A DNA stretch of 58,940 nucleotides, counting the filler, from Sphacelaria rigidula (lineage: Eukaryota): the NCBI GenBank assembly GCA_964200075.2. It is 4 parts of 4 records of this genome, joined end to end, with 100 filler letters (N's around TTAATTAATTAA, not from the genome) between each part and the next. Parts side by side here need not be neighbours in the genome. Positions count along the whole stretch, not along the records: positions 1 to 14,661 come from CAXNAA020002112.1; positions 14,762 to 29,422 come from CAXNAA020002113.1; 2 more parts are not named here. One strand, written 5' to 3'. The notes beneath the pieces are model-generated. The model ran no database searches and was not told the origin of the DNA. It worked only from the letters and a program-made list of their open reading frames with translations. A program made the translations under genes and the position numbers. Positions within the stretch are counted from its first letter, which is position 1, and each line of letters starts with the position of its first letter. Shown here piece by piece: positions 11,957 through 24,795 of this stretch.

Positions 11957-14661
11957 AGAATGTCCAGATTGTACAAACCGCATACATGTCAAGCCTACAA
12001 TCTATCTTTGCTGGTTTTAAATGGAGGGTGCCCAGGTGCTCCCGTTGCGTTACAGAGCACAAGCTGTGAGTGACAGCAGTCCAAAAGATTGCAAGCAAGG
12101 CATCGAGACAACGGTATGTACGACGATGTTGTAAGCTTATCGTGAACTGCTGTTGTTGCTCGAGCATGACTTTTTCGTGAGCATGATCACGACTCCTTGA
12201 GAATTGAATAATTCGATTTTTTACTCGAATTTGTTATTACTGTTGTGTCATTTGTGCGGGTAAATAGCGGGGGTATATTAACCGTGCATTTTCCCTCGGT
12301 GCATCGACTCGCTATGGTGGGCACGGTGTATTTCCTCCCATCAATATGCGATCCATGGTCGCCCGTTCATCTCATCTTCCCCCGGCGCTCCCTTCTGTTG
12401 TCAGCGGTCATGCAGTGGCAAGGGATTCTATCGTATCAGCGCACTTTGGCGGACGAGCTCCCATTCGCTCGTCATACATGACAAGGTCCAAGATGACTTG
12501 CGGATCCACTCTGTTCCTTTCCTGCTTGTGCAACGCAGTGTTTTGACACACCTGAACCTTCACACCCACACAAAAGCAAAGAAACCTGGGGTAATCGCCG
12601 CATTGATATTTCCATTTCTTTACGATTAGTTTTCTTCCAAAAGTTGAGAGGTTAGTTCTTGCAGAACTGATCTGCCGGCGTTCGGCGACCATACTTTGCT
12701 CGCACTTGACGGGGACATCGGAGCTGCGCCCCCGTCCCCTCTGCTGTGAATCCGTTTGTCTCGTTGGCACCTCCGTCTCTCCCCCCTCTGTGCCCACGCT
12801 CCCCTCGTCCGCCGAAGGATGGGCTGCCGGGACAGATGTGGCCGTAGGGATTCATATGCGGCAGGGACTGGGATTGTTGGAAAGGGGCGAGTCCCGGGGG
12901 TAGTGCTTTACGCGAGGGCGGCATTACTGCGCAAGGTGTGCGCTCATGACACATGTGCTGCAGCCGCGGCCGATTTCGTGCACAAATCGTGCAGTGTCTC
13001 GAAGACCGCGATGCCTGCTACGCATCGATGCCACGGTGTTTGCGACTTGAGACTTCATGGTCGTCGTTGCGGCCGCCGACTGCATAGACAAGGCTGTGCT
13101 AAACTGCTCGTGCATGAGGACCGCTGTAAAAGCGGGCGACCGCCGTCAAGATGTGCTCTTGGCATATTCTTCAGCACGGGCTCGTCAAGGCGCTACCGTA
13201 GGATGGTTGAAAAATTCGTTCGAATGTCCTCCCCGCCCTCAGCATTGACTGTAATGACCCCGTGAATATTCTCCACTAGCTACCTTGAAGACCCCGCGGG
13301 TACTCCCCACTTACACGTGCTTCGTCTTGTCCTCAACGGTCGATTTATTCAATAACATGTTAGATTGAAAAATGGCAATATCTGACGGTACTAAATGCCC
13401 CACGACTCCGAACCCGCAAGCACAGATGAAAAGAGCGCTAAGACACGATTGTTCTTGCCATGGGTACCAATATATGCATGTGCGTGTGTTCTCAGTTCCT
13501 AGCTGAAAAGCTTGGCGGGTGAACAACTCGATGAATCGATTCTCAGTTATTCGAGGAGCAACTCGTAGATCTACCCACTTCACCTAGTTACAGGTACAGC
13601 TTTGCAACAGTTTTTTTCCTTGCTCACCGCGGGATGTGTAGAAAGGTATACTTCTTCGTCGGAGAAAACCGCCGATTGAGTGCAACGTGCGCTCGAAGAA
13701 ACGCGAACTGACCCCTACCGCTGGTTCCTCCCTTCAACCCTTCAAGATTCTCAGTAGCGATGCGTGTTCGCTTGCCAACGGACCATTTTGCTGACTGGAA
13801 TCCTTGCACGACAGAAACTTATGGAGGGTAGCAAGCGCGCTGTACTGGTGGAGAAGGAGGCCAAGGTTGTGCCTCGCAGCTGGCCTGTGGAGCTGATCGA
13901 GGTATGTGTTACGTTATCGCAGTGATGGCGTCGCACATGCTGTTAGCTGTTGCATAATGCCATGGCTTGTTGCTGACGGTGTTGACTTTCCGTCGAAAAG
14001 GAACACTGCAGATGCGAAAGCTATCACGAAAGCCACCCGATATTTCCTCCCCGAGTTTGACTTTTTTGTTCTACATTCAAGTCAAACTGGAAAGTTCTAC
14101 CGAACCATATTTCGTAAAGACTGTTTCCCATAGTGTGGAGGACGTGGCAGCCCGCGTAGATTTCAGGTGCTGGTTTGATTAATTAAAACAAGAGAGTCGG
14201 CCGATCGTGTCGCTATCAACCGACTCCCGAATCCTTGACCGATGTGCAATAGTCAGCTCAACGCTCCACGCTTGGTTCCCACCGGCAGTGATGTGCATTG
14301 ACCGTACGCGCCCGTGCTGCAGTAATCAAGGTCTAAGTATGGTCTTGACGCAATCGGTATTTTCTCACAGGTGACTCTTGACCTTTGCTCGGGAGTTTGG
14401 GTGTCGGGAGCTGTTGGCAAAGAAGTACGTCGTGCTCAGGATGCATTTCTCCACTTTGGGTTGTCGGAACGATACTGAGTAAAACTTCGTTGTCGAGGGG
14501 GTGTTATTGACCTCATTTGCCACAAACACGTAGTTTTTGCAGTCATCTTCGAAGTTTGTCCCATTATGCACTCCCGTCCCCAACCCAGCCTGGGAAGGGA
14601 GGGGGGGGGTGTACTCATGATCATGCATGCCATAGTCATGAGACCAGGAAGGAAGGGAGGG

Positions 14662-14761
14662 NNNNNNNNNNNNNNNNNNNNNNNNNNNNNNNNNNNNNNN
14701 NNNNNTTAATTAATTAANNNNNNNNNNNNNNNNNNNNNNNNNNNNNNNNNNNNNNNNNNNN
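14662..14761. other. Artificial contig spacer (N44-TTAATTAATTAA-N44)
   Basis: Exactly 100 nt; the 12-mer at 14706-14717 gives stop codons in all six frames; identical to the other two gaps. Confidence 0.97.
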
Positions 14762-16359
14762 AATAAGAAGGAAAAGGAACAAAAAGGCACTTTCCACAAA
14801 CTTTTTTTTTTTATACATAAGAAGTAGCCGGAGGGGGAAAAAAAGGGAACAGAAAAAAAAAAACGGGAACAAAAAAAGAAGAAAGAAAGAGGGGTCGAAC
14901 AGAACGACATAGCAGACTAAGTGGTGACAAAAAAAAGTAGTAAAAAGTCAACACGAGCAAAGCACAGAAAGAAATGGCCGACCTAAAATAAGAAAAAAAG
15001 GAAAGGAAGAGGAAAGTACAAAGCAAGTAAGATAAAATACAATGAAACGATGGAAAGAGAAAAGGAAAGGAAAAGGCCGTGATACCGAACCTTTTCTCCG
15101 CACGGACGCAAGTGTTCGACTGGCTCAGTATTCTCGGATCTCAACCTAACAGCTACCGTCAAAGAAGGCTTTGACGCGTGCAAATGTGCTCCTGCATCAT
15201 ACACCACTAGCCCAGCCCCGCACTGATGATGTACGCAAAGTTCTGTACATTGCCATCTCGCATCTGCTTGCGATGAGGCAGCGATCTCTCTCGTGGCACA
15301 CCGGGAGGTGGTGCCAAATCTGGGATGATTTTAGAGCGAGCCTTTTTCCCAGAACCTTTCAGACAACTAAGTCGAGGGCGCGGGTGTGTGGGCTCACAAA
15401 GGTGAGGACGGAGGCAGTACTTACGTAAGGCAGCACCAGCAAGGCATTATTTCGATTTTAGTCTCTAGACTATTCTCGAATCAGATGCTACTGCCATCTT
15501 GTTGGGGTCCTACCATTTCTTCCTTAGGCGGGACGCTACCCCACACACTCCACAACCATTCGGTGAGCCTCGGTAGGCCTCAAGGTACAGCTGGTGTGTA
15601 CGTGAACAAATGGGCGAATGTGGGTGCGGCGAAACGTCGGCGGGACTGTCGGATGTGCGCGGGCTCGTGACGTCATAGAACCATAAAAAAGCTGCCTATT
15701 CCCGAGGGTACGACCATTTCACAGGGGCAACTCCAGCTGGCGAGTTTTGTGGCTGCAACACGCCAATTGACAGCGCAGCGTAGAGGGTGCGTTGAAAAAG
15801 GTGAGAGGACTGGGAAAACGACAGGTTGAACAAACAGTTTGCGAAGCAGCGATGAAGTTTTGAATGGCTGGATCCAGATCCTGTCTCGTCAAATCTTGAA
15901 CGTTCCAGAATGTATATCTTCTGTGAAAAAATTGGTACGCACCTCACGCTTCAGCTGATGTTCAGAGGATTCAAAAGCTCTTTCGCGAGCGGTACCACAG
16001 ACACTAACAGGAAAGCAGCTTTGTTCGAATAGCTGTACGCCTACAGCGGCGCGCGTGAGCACATAGACCTACTGCTGTAGTACGTAGTCTACTGTGTCTA
16101 GATTTATGAAGAGGTGGCGTTCACCCACCCACCGCTCTAACCGACGTTGCCACGAAAAAAGTCAAAACCCCCGGCATCACGCTCAAGTCGTGCCTGGGGG
16201 TCGACCAAATATTTGAAAACGGACGCGCTGCGCACGTATTCATGTACATCCACGCAGTGAATAAGGCTTCCTCATGCTGTAGGCTGTTTCTTTGCCATGT
16301 CCTCGCTGGGCTTCTTGACTCGTTTAGATCGTAGCCTGAGGTCACCGCACCGTACCTTC

Positions 16360-16600
16360 AGGCGTGCGTGTGTCATCGATGCGACCCATAACGTCCACCC
16401 CGAGATTCTACTTCTTGTTCTTGAGGTCGCTGTACGTGGTTGGTCTTGCTCGCAACGGACACACCTGACGTGCCCTTGATTCCGAAAAGTACCCTTCTTT
16501 ATGAACCTCCCCGTGAATGTAGGAGACCTCGTAAAGTTTGCCCTCAGATTGGACTTGTGTTCGATACAAGCTTCAACGTTCACATACGATGATGAATGTA
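16360..16600 (+). pseudogene. Possible hot-dog-fold acyl-CoA thioesterase fragment (stop-interrupted)
   Basis: ORFs 16297-16479 and 16501-16749 share one frame, separated by TGA; CP*FRKVPFFMNLPVNVGDLVKFAL resembles the F..PV.VGD.L.F hot-dog motif. By-eye match only. Confidence 0.25.
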
Positions 16601-17110
16601 CTGGAACAGGAGGCGGCAGCGACGTATTTTGCGAAGGGATGTCTGACCCGGACGGACCCACTCACCGTGTGCCCTACTTTCTTTCAGTGTGGTTTCCTGC
16701 TGTGAGGTGGCGTGTGTTTGCCGAAAACTGTCGTGAAGCCCCAGGTTAGCTGGCGGACCTCCTGACTGAATGCTCTGTGTGGCTCGTTGATCTTGCCGTG
16801 TCAAAATCAATACGAAAAGGGATGTACCTTGTGCGACTCACCGATCGATGTTTCTCGGTCCCCCGTGTTCTACACAACTAGATTGGGGTGGGGGCTATAC
16901 CTTTCAGAACAGGACGGGCGTTTGCCTCCTGACGAGCGGCCCGGCAGCGGGGATGAAGATCAAGGGCTTGAGGTCATTGAGACGGGTGGTTTCACCAAAG
17001 CCGGGCTTGATCTTGGGCACATCCCGCTTTGGCCGATCTGTCCCACGGGTCTACCTCGACGACGGGGTGTTCGTCGTGCCGTCTCTTTCGATCCAGCCCA
17101 AAGTTCGACC

Positions 17111-17479
17111 ATGTCGATGGTTGACTATCAGCTATTGATGAAAATCGCGAGTGGGAACATGCGCGGTGTCGAAAAATTGCTCACAGCCAGAGCTCCCCAC
17201 AAGGCCCGTTGTGACTGCTTCCCAGATGGGTCAGATCAGCGTGCTCAAAATGCTCATCTGTAGAGGTGCCGACCTGGAGGTCACTGTTTTCAAGGAGATG
17301 CCCGACGGCGATGAAAACATCAAATTTCCTCTTGGATCGCGCGCCCTTCACGCCGCGGCGCAGACGGGTCAAGTCAGCTCTGTACGCTGCCTTCTGAAGG
17401 CCGACGCGAACGCGGACTTCATCAAGTCTACCGAGTACACCCCCTTGATGTTGGCGTACTATCTGTTGGAGATAGTCAA
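17111..17479 (+). pseudogene. Ankyrin-repeat protein pseudogene (frameshifted, truncated)
   Basis: MSMVDYQLLMKIASGNMRGVEKLL in one frame; then ASQMGQISVLKMLICRGADLE...LHAAAQTGQVSSVRCLLKADANAD...TPLMLA in another; the frame runs into a repeat at ~17480. Confidence 0.75.
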
Positions 17480-17644
17480 GGGGGCGTACTCATCTGTTGC
17501 TTGCCTTGGTCGTGTGACCATTGACCACGCATCCCTTTCGAGACGGAGCAACTCAAGAGGGGGGCGGGCGGGGGGGCGTACTCATTTGTTGCTTGCCTTA
17601 GTCGTGTGACCATTGACCACGCATCCCTTTCGAAACGGAGCACC
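17480..17644 (+). repeat. Tandem duplication of a ~72-bp unit (period ~92 bp)
   Basis: GGGGGCGTACTCATxTGTTGCTTGCCTTxGTCGTGTGACCATTGACCACGCATCCCTTTCGAxACGGAGCA occurs twice. Confidence 0.9.
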
Positions 17645-17647
17645 GGA

Positions 17648-17706
17648 TCACTGGATCCCTGGGGGGTCAGTTAAAGTGCGACAATCAATCAATCAATCAA
17701 TCAATT
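17648..17706 (+). repeat. Retroelement 3-prime end with (CAAT)n tail
   Basis: CTGGATCCCTGGGGGGTCAGTTAAAGTGCGA followed by (CAAT)6. Confidence 0.75.
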
Positions 17707-18569
17707 AATACAGGGCCTTGCCTTAGTCCAGAAACGTTTTTATTCCTCTTGATCGAGGTTCTGAATATTACAGAACATTAAAAAATATCCACTCTAAGGG
17801 GCTGTCTCGAAACATTGAAAAAAAACTGTCTGGCGAGAACATGCAGCATTATTGTTTCTGCTTGTTTTCAATTGCTTCTGGATTCAGAAAAATTTCACTC
17901 AGCATGGGAAGAAAGTGTCAGTTGTCACAGAAGCGCAAGAGAAGTGTTGGGGAAACGTCACGGATAATGCATCGTTTCCTAAATCATGCTCACAGGCAAC
18001 CGGGCACGGAAGACCCCGGTTGGTACCCGGCGTCATTGGAAAAATAGCAGCGCAGTTTTCAAAAGGATCGGGTTCTGGAAATGCCTCCGCAACATCGGGT
18101 TCTGTACCCGAGCACTGAAGACATCCGGCAGCCGGCCCGAGCCTCAAGTTTCGCCCACTTTCCCTATTCGTACGCGCCCATGCCCGAGCGGTAGACCTCC
18201 CCTCATCTGCACAGCCAGTTTCACACCGGTTTTGATCTCACGTTTGAAAGTATACGATTGAAGTTGATAGTTGTTTTGAAATGTCAACATATCCTCTATC
18301 GCAGCATGCAATCAAGTAAGTCTAAAGACCACGCAATTAACTATTTTGTTGTACGCAATTCACTTTTCTCCCGGCTTTTGCTGTCGTCGTCGTTTTCCAG
18401 CTCCTCCACGGACGCATGTTGCTCGACCGTTACTTGCAGCTTAATGCTGCTGCTGCTGCTGCTGCTGCTGCTATGCATTCTTTGTTCTAATTCACGTGCT
18501 GCGCCCTCGTGTTCATTTTTGTCTCCTCTATGCCTCCTTGTCTGCTCCGTTTACGCAGTTTTTTTCTAG

Positions 18570-18771
18570 GTATGCGGGTTGGGGTCCCGGGCAGCTGGAG
18601 GCCGAAGTGTTGGCCAAGGACTGGGTTCTCGCGGCTTGCGATTTGCCTAGCATCCTGCAAAACCAGAATCACCCGGATCAGCCCGGCCACTTTTGGAACG
18701 ATATCGTGTCTCGGCTGCGGCGACATCGAGAAAAAGGAGAGGAGGCTCAGCGGAGACGAAGTTCAAGTTGA
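18570..18771 (+). CDS. Terminal exon of a YqgE/AlgH-family (DUF179/UPF0301) protein
   Basis: YAGWGPGQLEAEVLAKDWVLA...FWNDIV matches the family C-terminal GY(A/S)GW..GQLE.E...W signature. A pyrimidine tract and AG acceptor lie upstream (TAG at 18567-18569; alternative CAG at 18556-18558); TGA stop ends at 18771. Upstream exons were not identified. Confidence 0.85.
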
Positions 18772-18949
18772 CGCCAAATACTGTGCCGCCGCAGGAGTGG
18801 CGCATGCACCCCGGTTAAGCCCCGACCCTCACTTCGCCCTTCTTTCCCGAGTCGGGTCGGCTCGGTCTACGGAAAACATTTTTTTGCTCAAGTTTTGAAA
18901 CGGAAGTGCTCCCGCGTGCGTGTAAATGGATGGACTTGTTTTCCGTGAC

Positions 18950-21900
18950 GGTCATGATGGAGCCTGACGAGTTTGCGCATTGGCATTGAGGCTTGCAGGG
19001 TGATTTCGGAAGTCACTACTTTTTCGGTACGTGCGAGTGTACTGGCGCGCTGTATGGTTGTGTATTCTTCGCAAGTCGAGAAGGCATGTTGGCGGGGGTT
19101 GCAGCCTAGGCCGTGAGTAGCGTTGGAATAGCGGCTCAAGGAGCGAATTGCCCATGAGTAGCGTTGTTGCGTGGTCTAGAAGGTTGGAGTATTGACCAGG
19201 AGGGGATAGCGATCATTGAGACTTGTCGGCGATGGTGTCCGCTCTCGTATGTTCTCATGATGTTCACTCTTGATGTACATTTAGTGGGAGCGGGGCGTCC
19301 TACGCGTCAGGAACGGCTATTTTGGCGAGCTCATGGCGACGTTGAAAGCAAGCGGGCATTGTTAACTGCTACTGGTAGATATAGATGCGTAATACAAGGA
19401 GTTGATGGAGACGAAAACACCGTTGCTGCGAGGGTACTGGTGCTTCTTCATGACCGTGGGAGTCTGACTACACGTGACTGTCCTTCCGCGGAACTCTATC
19501 ATTGTGCAAGGGTTCAGTGACGTTCACGAAGTTCCTTGCTTGATCGGGTCTCGTGCGTATGCCCTGGGGGTGTTACCATTACATTCAATTTTTGCTCCAC
19601 CCTTTCGGGTCCATATACCCAAGGCCCAATAACACGGGATTTTACAAATTGGGGATGGATTTTTCATTGAGGATGAGAACCCGGAGATTTAAAATATTCG
19701 TATCCACACAAAATCTTCGAAATATAGTCCCATTCGCCTACCTACTGGTAGCTACTAACGGCTACTACACGCCAAACAAATTTGGATCCTGATAACCGAC
19801 ATGTGGGGGTCCTAGATGAAGAAACAACTTTGGGGTCCGATCGGATCATCTAAATTCCACAAAATGTTTTCTTCATCTAGGATCCCAACATGTCAGTCAT
19901 CAGGATCCTAATGTGTATGGCGTGTAGTAGCCGTCAGTAGCTACCAGTAGGTGGACGAATGGAACTATATTTCGAAGATTCGGTGTGGATACGAATATTC
20001 TAATTCTCCGGGTTCCCATCCTCAAAAAAAAAGACCATCCCCAATTTGTAAAATCCCGTGTTCAATGCCCCATGTTCCTGCCGTTGAAAGTGTTCTCGCC
20101 GCGTGTTGTACGCACGGACGAGACTTTTCCGTGATTCCTTGCAGCATGGAGATGACGGCAGTCGGATAATGCTGCATTTTTGAACGCGCAAGCGCGAGCT
20201 GCCATCAGGAGAGCGAGCAGATCTGGAGGATGATCGCACGGGAAAATCAACGCAATTCTGACATCCACTTAGGGCATGCCGGAGGACAAAAATATGCAGG
20301 ACTCACTGCGGTGCGACGGATCATCGTTGTCATTGCAGGAGAAGCAGGATGACCCATCCCTTGGGGGTCGAGTCAGCGTGATGAACGTGAAAGCTGTCTC
20401 GACACGATCGAGAAGAACCATGTCGCCGTAAGACTCCATGAATAGGCCACACTTCCCTGTGGGATGACACCTCGTCTCCCGATGAATCATGGAAACATTG
20501 CACACGCCGGACAGATCAGCTCGTGACAGACCCGGGTCGGCTATTTTGGGGTATATATCATTATCTATTCGAGGTGTGCTGTCACCCGTGCACGCCTGTC
20601 GACCTCTAGGACCCGCTTGACCCGTACATATTTGCCGAGCGACGAGCTGTACGACCCGCCGCTTCACACACACTTCCGTGTACAACTGATCTGCAGAACT
20701 GCGTCATCTGTACAACGTCATATAGCTGTCATCTAAATAACTCGGCTCAGCCGAACGCAGCAGCTTATTGTCGACCCACGCGAGTTGAATCTCATTTATA
20801 TACCAAAGCCACCCCTTACCCGTGGAATCCGAATCTAGTATACAAGAAGCAGTTTCCCATACCCGTAGGACCCGGATCAAGTACACAAGAAACAGTATTC
20901 AGCATTCCTCACCTGCTAATCTGTATGGCCCGGGGGTACAGTGTGCATGTTCACAATCCGTAGTTTATTGTAGCAACCCGGGCACATAGGATATGAGTTA
21001 CGTATATGCTTATCCGGGTGGTTTCACGGTAGGTGTGCACATTTGTGTTTTGAGGCTCTGCACTGTCGGAGCTTCTCCATGACAAACATGTGGGCCTTAG
21101 TCGGCAGCGTCAGAAAACATTTGGACTGAAAAGTGCTCCCCTACCGTGTAGAATCCTTGCGCAGAACTGATTGGTGGAGTGTACGAGTATCACTGTGGAA
21201 TTTTGATCTGCTCGCATGCTCAACACGGTGTAGATGTGTGGAAGAAACGGGATATATACGTCATGAGCCTGAGGAGCGAGGTCATCTCGCACAACACGCC
21301 TCGCTTTGAAGCTGATAGCAACACTCACCCAGTTCCCACTCAAAGAGCATTAGCATTGACTTCACTCGGTAGCGTTATTTTCGTGTGCTCTTAGCGCTAG
21401 GCGTTGCGGCGGAACGTAATTTAGACTCCTTCACTCTGGTAGCAGTAGCAATAGTGGTGAGGACTAATGAGAGTGATTTGCGTAGATGAGACGTATGTTC
21501 TATTGTGGCAGCGGCAGTATCGACGGCCGCTTTAGTATTTTCTCGTCCAGGGGGCGCACTCATGCGCCGCGGGACAAGAAGAAACGAGATATAGCTATAT
21601 GCTCAATAACTGGCTCATCATGGCGCTGTTCAACCAGCGCCTGACATAAAATTTCGGGGAAGAGTAATCGACGTATACATTGCCGGCGTTAACGAAGCAC
21701 GCGTGCCCCCCCCAAGCCTGCAAGACGATCAGCCGTATGACCGTTTTGATCTGCGATTGATCTGCATCGGTATGACCCGTGTGACCTATTATACACATTT
21801 CTCGGCTGGTGACCTGAATAGCCCCGTTGCTCTGTACACATGATGGCTCGATGAACGATCGGCATGATCCTCTGATTTGTACAAGTCTACTTGATTGTGA

Positions 21901-22300
21901 TCTGTATGACCCGGATATTCGTACAGGGTTTCCATAGGTGGTTCGTATATCCTGTCTATCCCTACATCATTTCCTTAAGCACACCTATGTAATCCGAACC
22001 AGGTGTACTCGAAAGGACAACAACAATCTATGTACCCTCATAACTCGTTCAAGATACCTCCCTTGTGATCGATGATACCAGGAACACGAGGATCGCTCCA
22101 TAACTAGTTGCACTGCGTCATTCGAATTGTGTACACAAATGTGTCTAATACACCTTATTACCTGTATGACCCAGGTGACACAGATAGTGATCTGTCCGAT
22201 GTGCTAAAGTACATTAACGCGGCATGTCGAGTGTTCAAGGTCACACCGCGATGGCGCAAAAGCATGGGACGCCGGGTTACGCTAAGTTGTGCCCACTACG
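18950..22300 (-). pseudogene. Decayed Helitron-like Rep/PIF1-helicase coding remnant
   Basis: Ordered minus-strand motifs: LQAWGGHA...VDYSSPK (Rep-region aWraN..Y..KY-like, ~21724-21650), ILDSDSTGKGWL (Walker A G..GTGKS-like, ~20840-20810), RIDNDIYP...SGVCNVSMI...HPTGKCGLF (ID.rLr / FGG / QLPPV-like), QCPLAFNVAMSSPK (QFPL.LA.AMTIHKSQ-like, 19361-19320). Heavily mutated and split by a MITE. Confidence 0.5.
19631..20062. mobile_element. Foldback (palindromic) MITE, 432 bp, 4-bp TSD CAAT
   Basis: Ends AACACGGGATTTTACAAATTGGGGATGG / CCATCCCCAATTTGTAAAATCCCGTGTT; the ~200-bp arms are inverted copies; CAAT at 19627-19630 and 20063-20066. Confidence 0.9.
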
Positions 22301-23240
22301 GATAAAATCGAGTATGAAAGGTGAGCGCCATACGCCTCATATTTATTCTGGGCTCGAGGCGGGTACCGCTAGGACCGAGTTCCCTTACCATACTCTAATT
22401 TCAGCCCGGAATATCGTAATTCTTTCGTTTCTCTCGGAACGCTATCGCTCTCCTCGCACCTTATTCTGGCAATCCGTCGAACCCCACGATCTTGCATTGT
22501 GGTTTAAGCTCTCAATCGGATGGATACATGGACATTTATCTAGGATATCCATGTGGAACTCCGCATCCAGGCAAGAGCAATGCTACGGTAGGGGTGCACT
22601 TCTTTCGCGAAATAATCTCTACTTCAGGGGCTTCTAACGATTCTAGATGCACAAGAATATGGCTCAGGGCATTCTCGTTTGCAAATTCATTCGGGATATC
22701 CCCAGCACATTGAAGTAGTTATCCTGGCGTGCTTTCACTTATTTTTACAAGTGGCGTTTTACATGAGATCAAGGGCTCCTAATAATTCTAACCTCAGAAA
22801 ATATTTGTGCACCCCAACCGTAGCATCACTCCCAAGAGTCTCTAAAAATACCATTTTCAGACACGCAGGCCTCAAGATCGAAAGCTCGATTTTTCATTTT
22901 GGGGGGGGATCCAGCCTGCTGCCCCCTAGTTTATTGCCGAGGCGTTGGCGGGTGCGGTCAGCTACGGTCTGCAGAGATCCTTGGCATGAAGACCGATGAA
23001 ATGGCGGACACGCCCCCCCTCCAAGCTCATCACTCACCACGATGGCGTTTAATGGAATCATGTTCTGTGTCGTGGTGCTCGAGTACCTGCCAGTAGTCCG
23101 GGCAAGTTTAGCGCGGTGTGAGATAAAGTTGCTACTTTGGCTGCAGGCTGTTGCTACCGTGCGCTCGCATGCATACATGTAAGAGAGGGTGACCGGCATC
23201 CGAGGTCATCGGGACAGCAGAGCGGGCAAGGAGCAGAAAC

Positions 23241-23263
23241 TATATATATATATATATATATAT
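23241..23263. repeat. (TA)n microsatellite
   Basis: Perfect TA run. Confidence 0.9.
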
Positions 23264-24795
23264 ACCATCCTCGCGAAGCCCACCTGACTTTTCGGTTTTT
23301 GTCAGCGTTTCTTGACGAATTCGTTGAATGATATTAACAAAAAATGAAAAAGAGTGATACAATTAAAAAAAAAATGCACCCCAGGAGGGGGGGGCGGGAG
23401 GGGGGGGCTCCGTGCCCAAAATCTTCTCCCGACAGACCCTTGACCCAGCTATTATTAATAATAGAACGCCCGTCTGATGTCTCACATCCACCTGGGACAT
23501 TCATCTTGGATGCCCATCTTTACATGAAAAGGAACAGACGTACTATTTTGTGCGCGCTGACCATGACGTGTGCCCAACCAGCGTATGCAAGCCTAGACAA
23601 GTACCCTACAAGCACTGCACGACGCTCTACGGGTGCACGAAAGCTCAGATTTATGGCGCACCAGCGCACACTGCGTAGCTCTTTACTCAGCGCGCGCGAG
23701 CCAATACACATAATTATTTTTGTTAGATGTGTGTTTAATATACCCGCCTACTTTTCCCCCAGTACAAACTGCTTGGCGCCACCTCGCCCCACGTATGCAT
23801 GCCCTTTACCAGCACGCACTTAACGGCGTTTTCGCGGAACACTCTTAACTGTCCTTCACCAACCCACGTATACTATGCCAGATGTGCGACCGCTTCGGTT
23901 GGGGTTTGGGATTGGGTCAGATATCCCAGGTGGTCCATCGTCTATCACAGATATAGTCGTAGACATGGTAAATGAATGTTCCAGAGATGAATGATTACTG
24001 ACCCCTCAAATCCCAGGTGGATGTGGTATCCCAGATGGATTTTTATGGAAAATTCCAACAACGCGAAGGGATGCTCGATCCCAGATTGGCACTGCAGATG
24101 GATATTCCAGTAGATCTCGGTACTCGGTTTTACTTGATTTCAGAGTGAACAAAGTTTTGAACGTGTTTTGGTCCAAAATCGGCTGAAAGGCGTCGATTTG
24201 AGCTCTGGCAACGCACGCTTTGCCTATGGAACACTCTGCACCCCCTCGCCCGAGGATTCTCGGTATGCCTTGATCGGGGTTAGGGTTAGCGTTAGCGTTA
24301 GGGTTGGCGGCATCTCCATGGTACCAACCATTGTTTACGTACAAAGCCTCAGACCGCCTCTGTCCGAAGTACGTAAACAATGGTTGGTAGCATCTCAGCC
24401 CACCCCTACCGTTCCATATTTTCTTCCCGTCAGTGTAATTGTCAGGCTATGTCGTGCCAGTGCATTTCTATGCACTGCCTGCATAGAACTGCGCTGCTAG
24501 GAATGTAATGATGACGATACATGTGTGGTGAGCCGTTCCACGGTATGATGCTCTGGTATCCAGGGAAGCGGGACGCACTGCATCACAACAAACTCTGTAG
24601 ACATTCATTATCTACTGTTGTCTGTGAATATCGAAACCCGCGCTGTTCCAGAACGAAAAATGTCAACCGGTACCAACTGCGCCGCAAAAACAAACGAGAC
24701 AAGAAGAAAACTCCCGCCGATATCACCCGCCTTGCAGGTTGCAATTACCCTTCAAGCACGTTGTTGTGGTGAAGAGCACGCGTGGTGCGACCTCC

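Noticed and set aside
12650-13260. Gag-like remnant on the minus strand (helical segment plus GGRG-rich stretch)
   Set aside because: No zinc knuckle, LTR or adjacent pol motifs were recognised; too weak to call.
14706-14717. TTAATTAATTAA palindrome as a biological site
   Set aside because: It is an assembly linker centred in each N gap.
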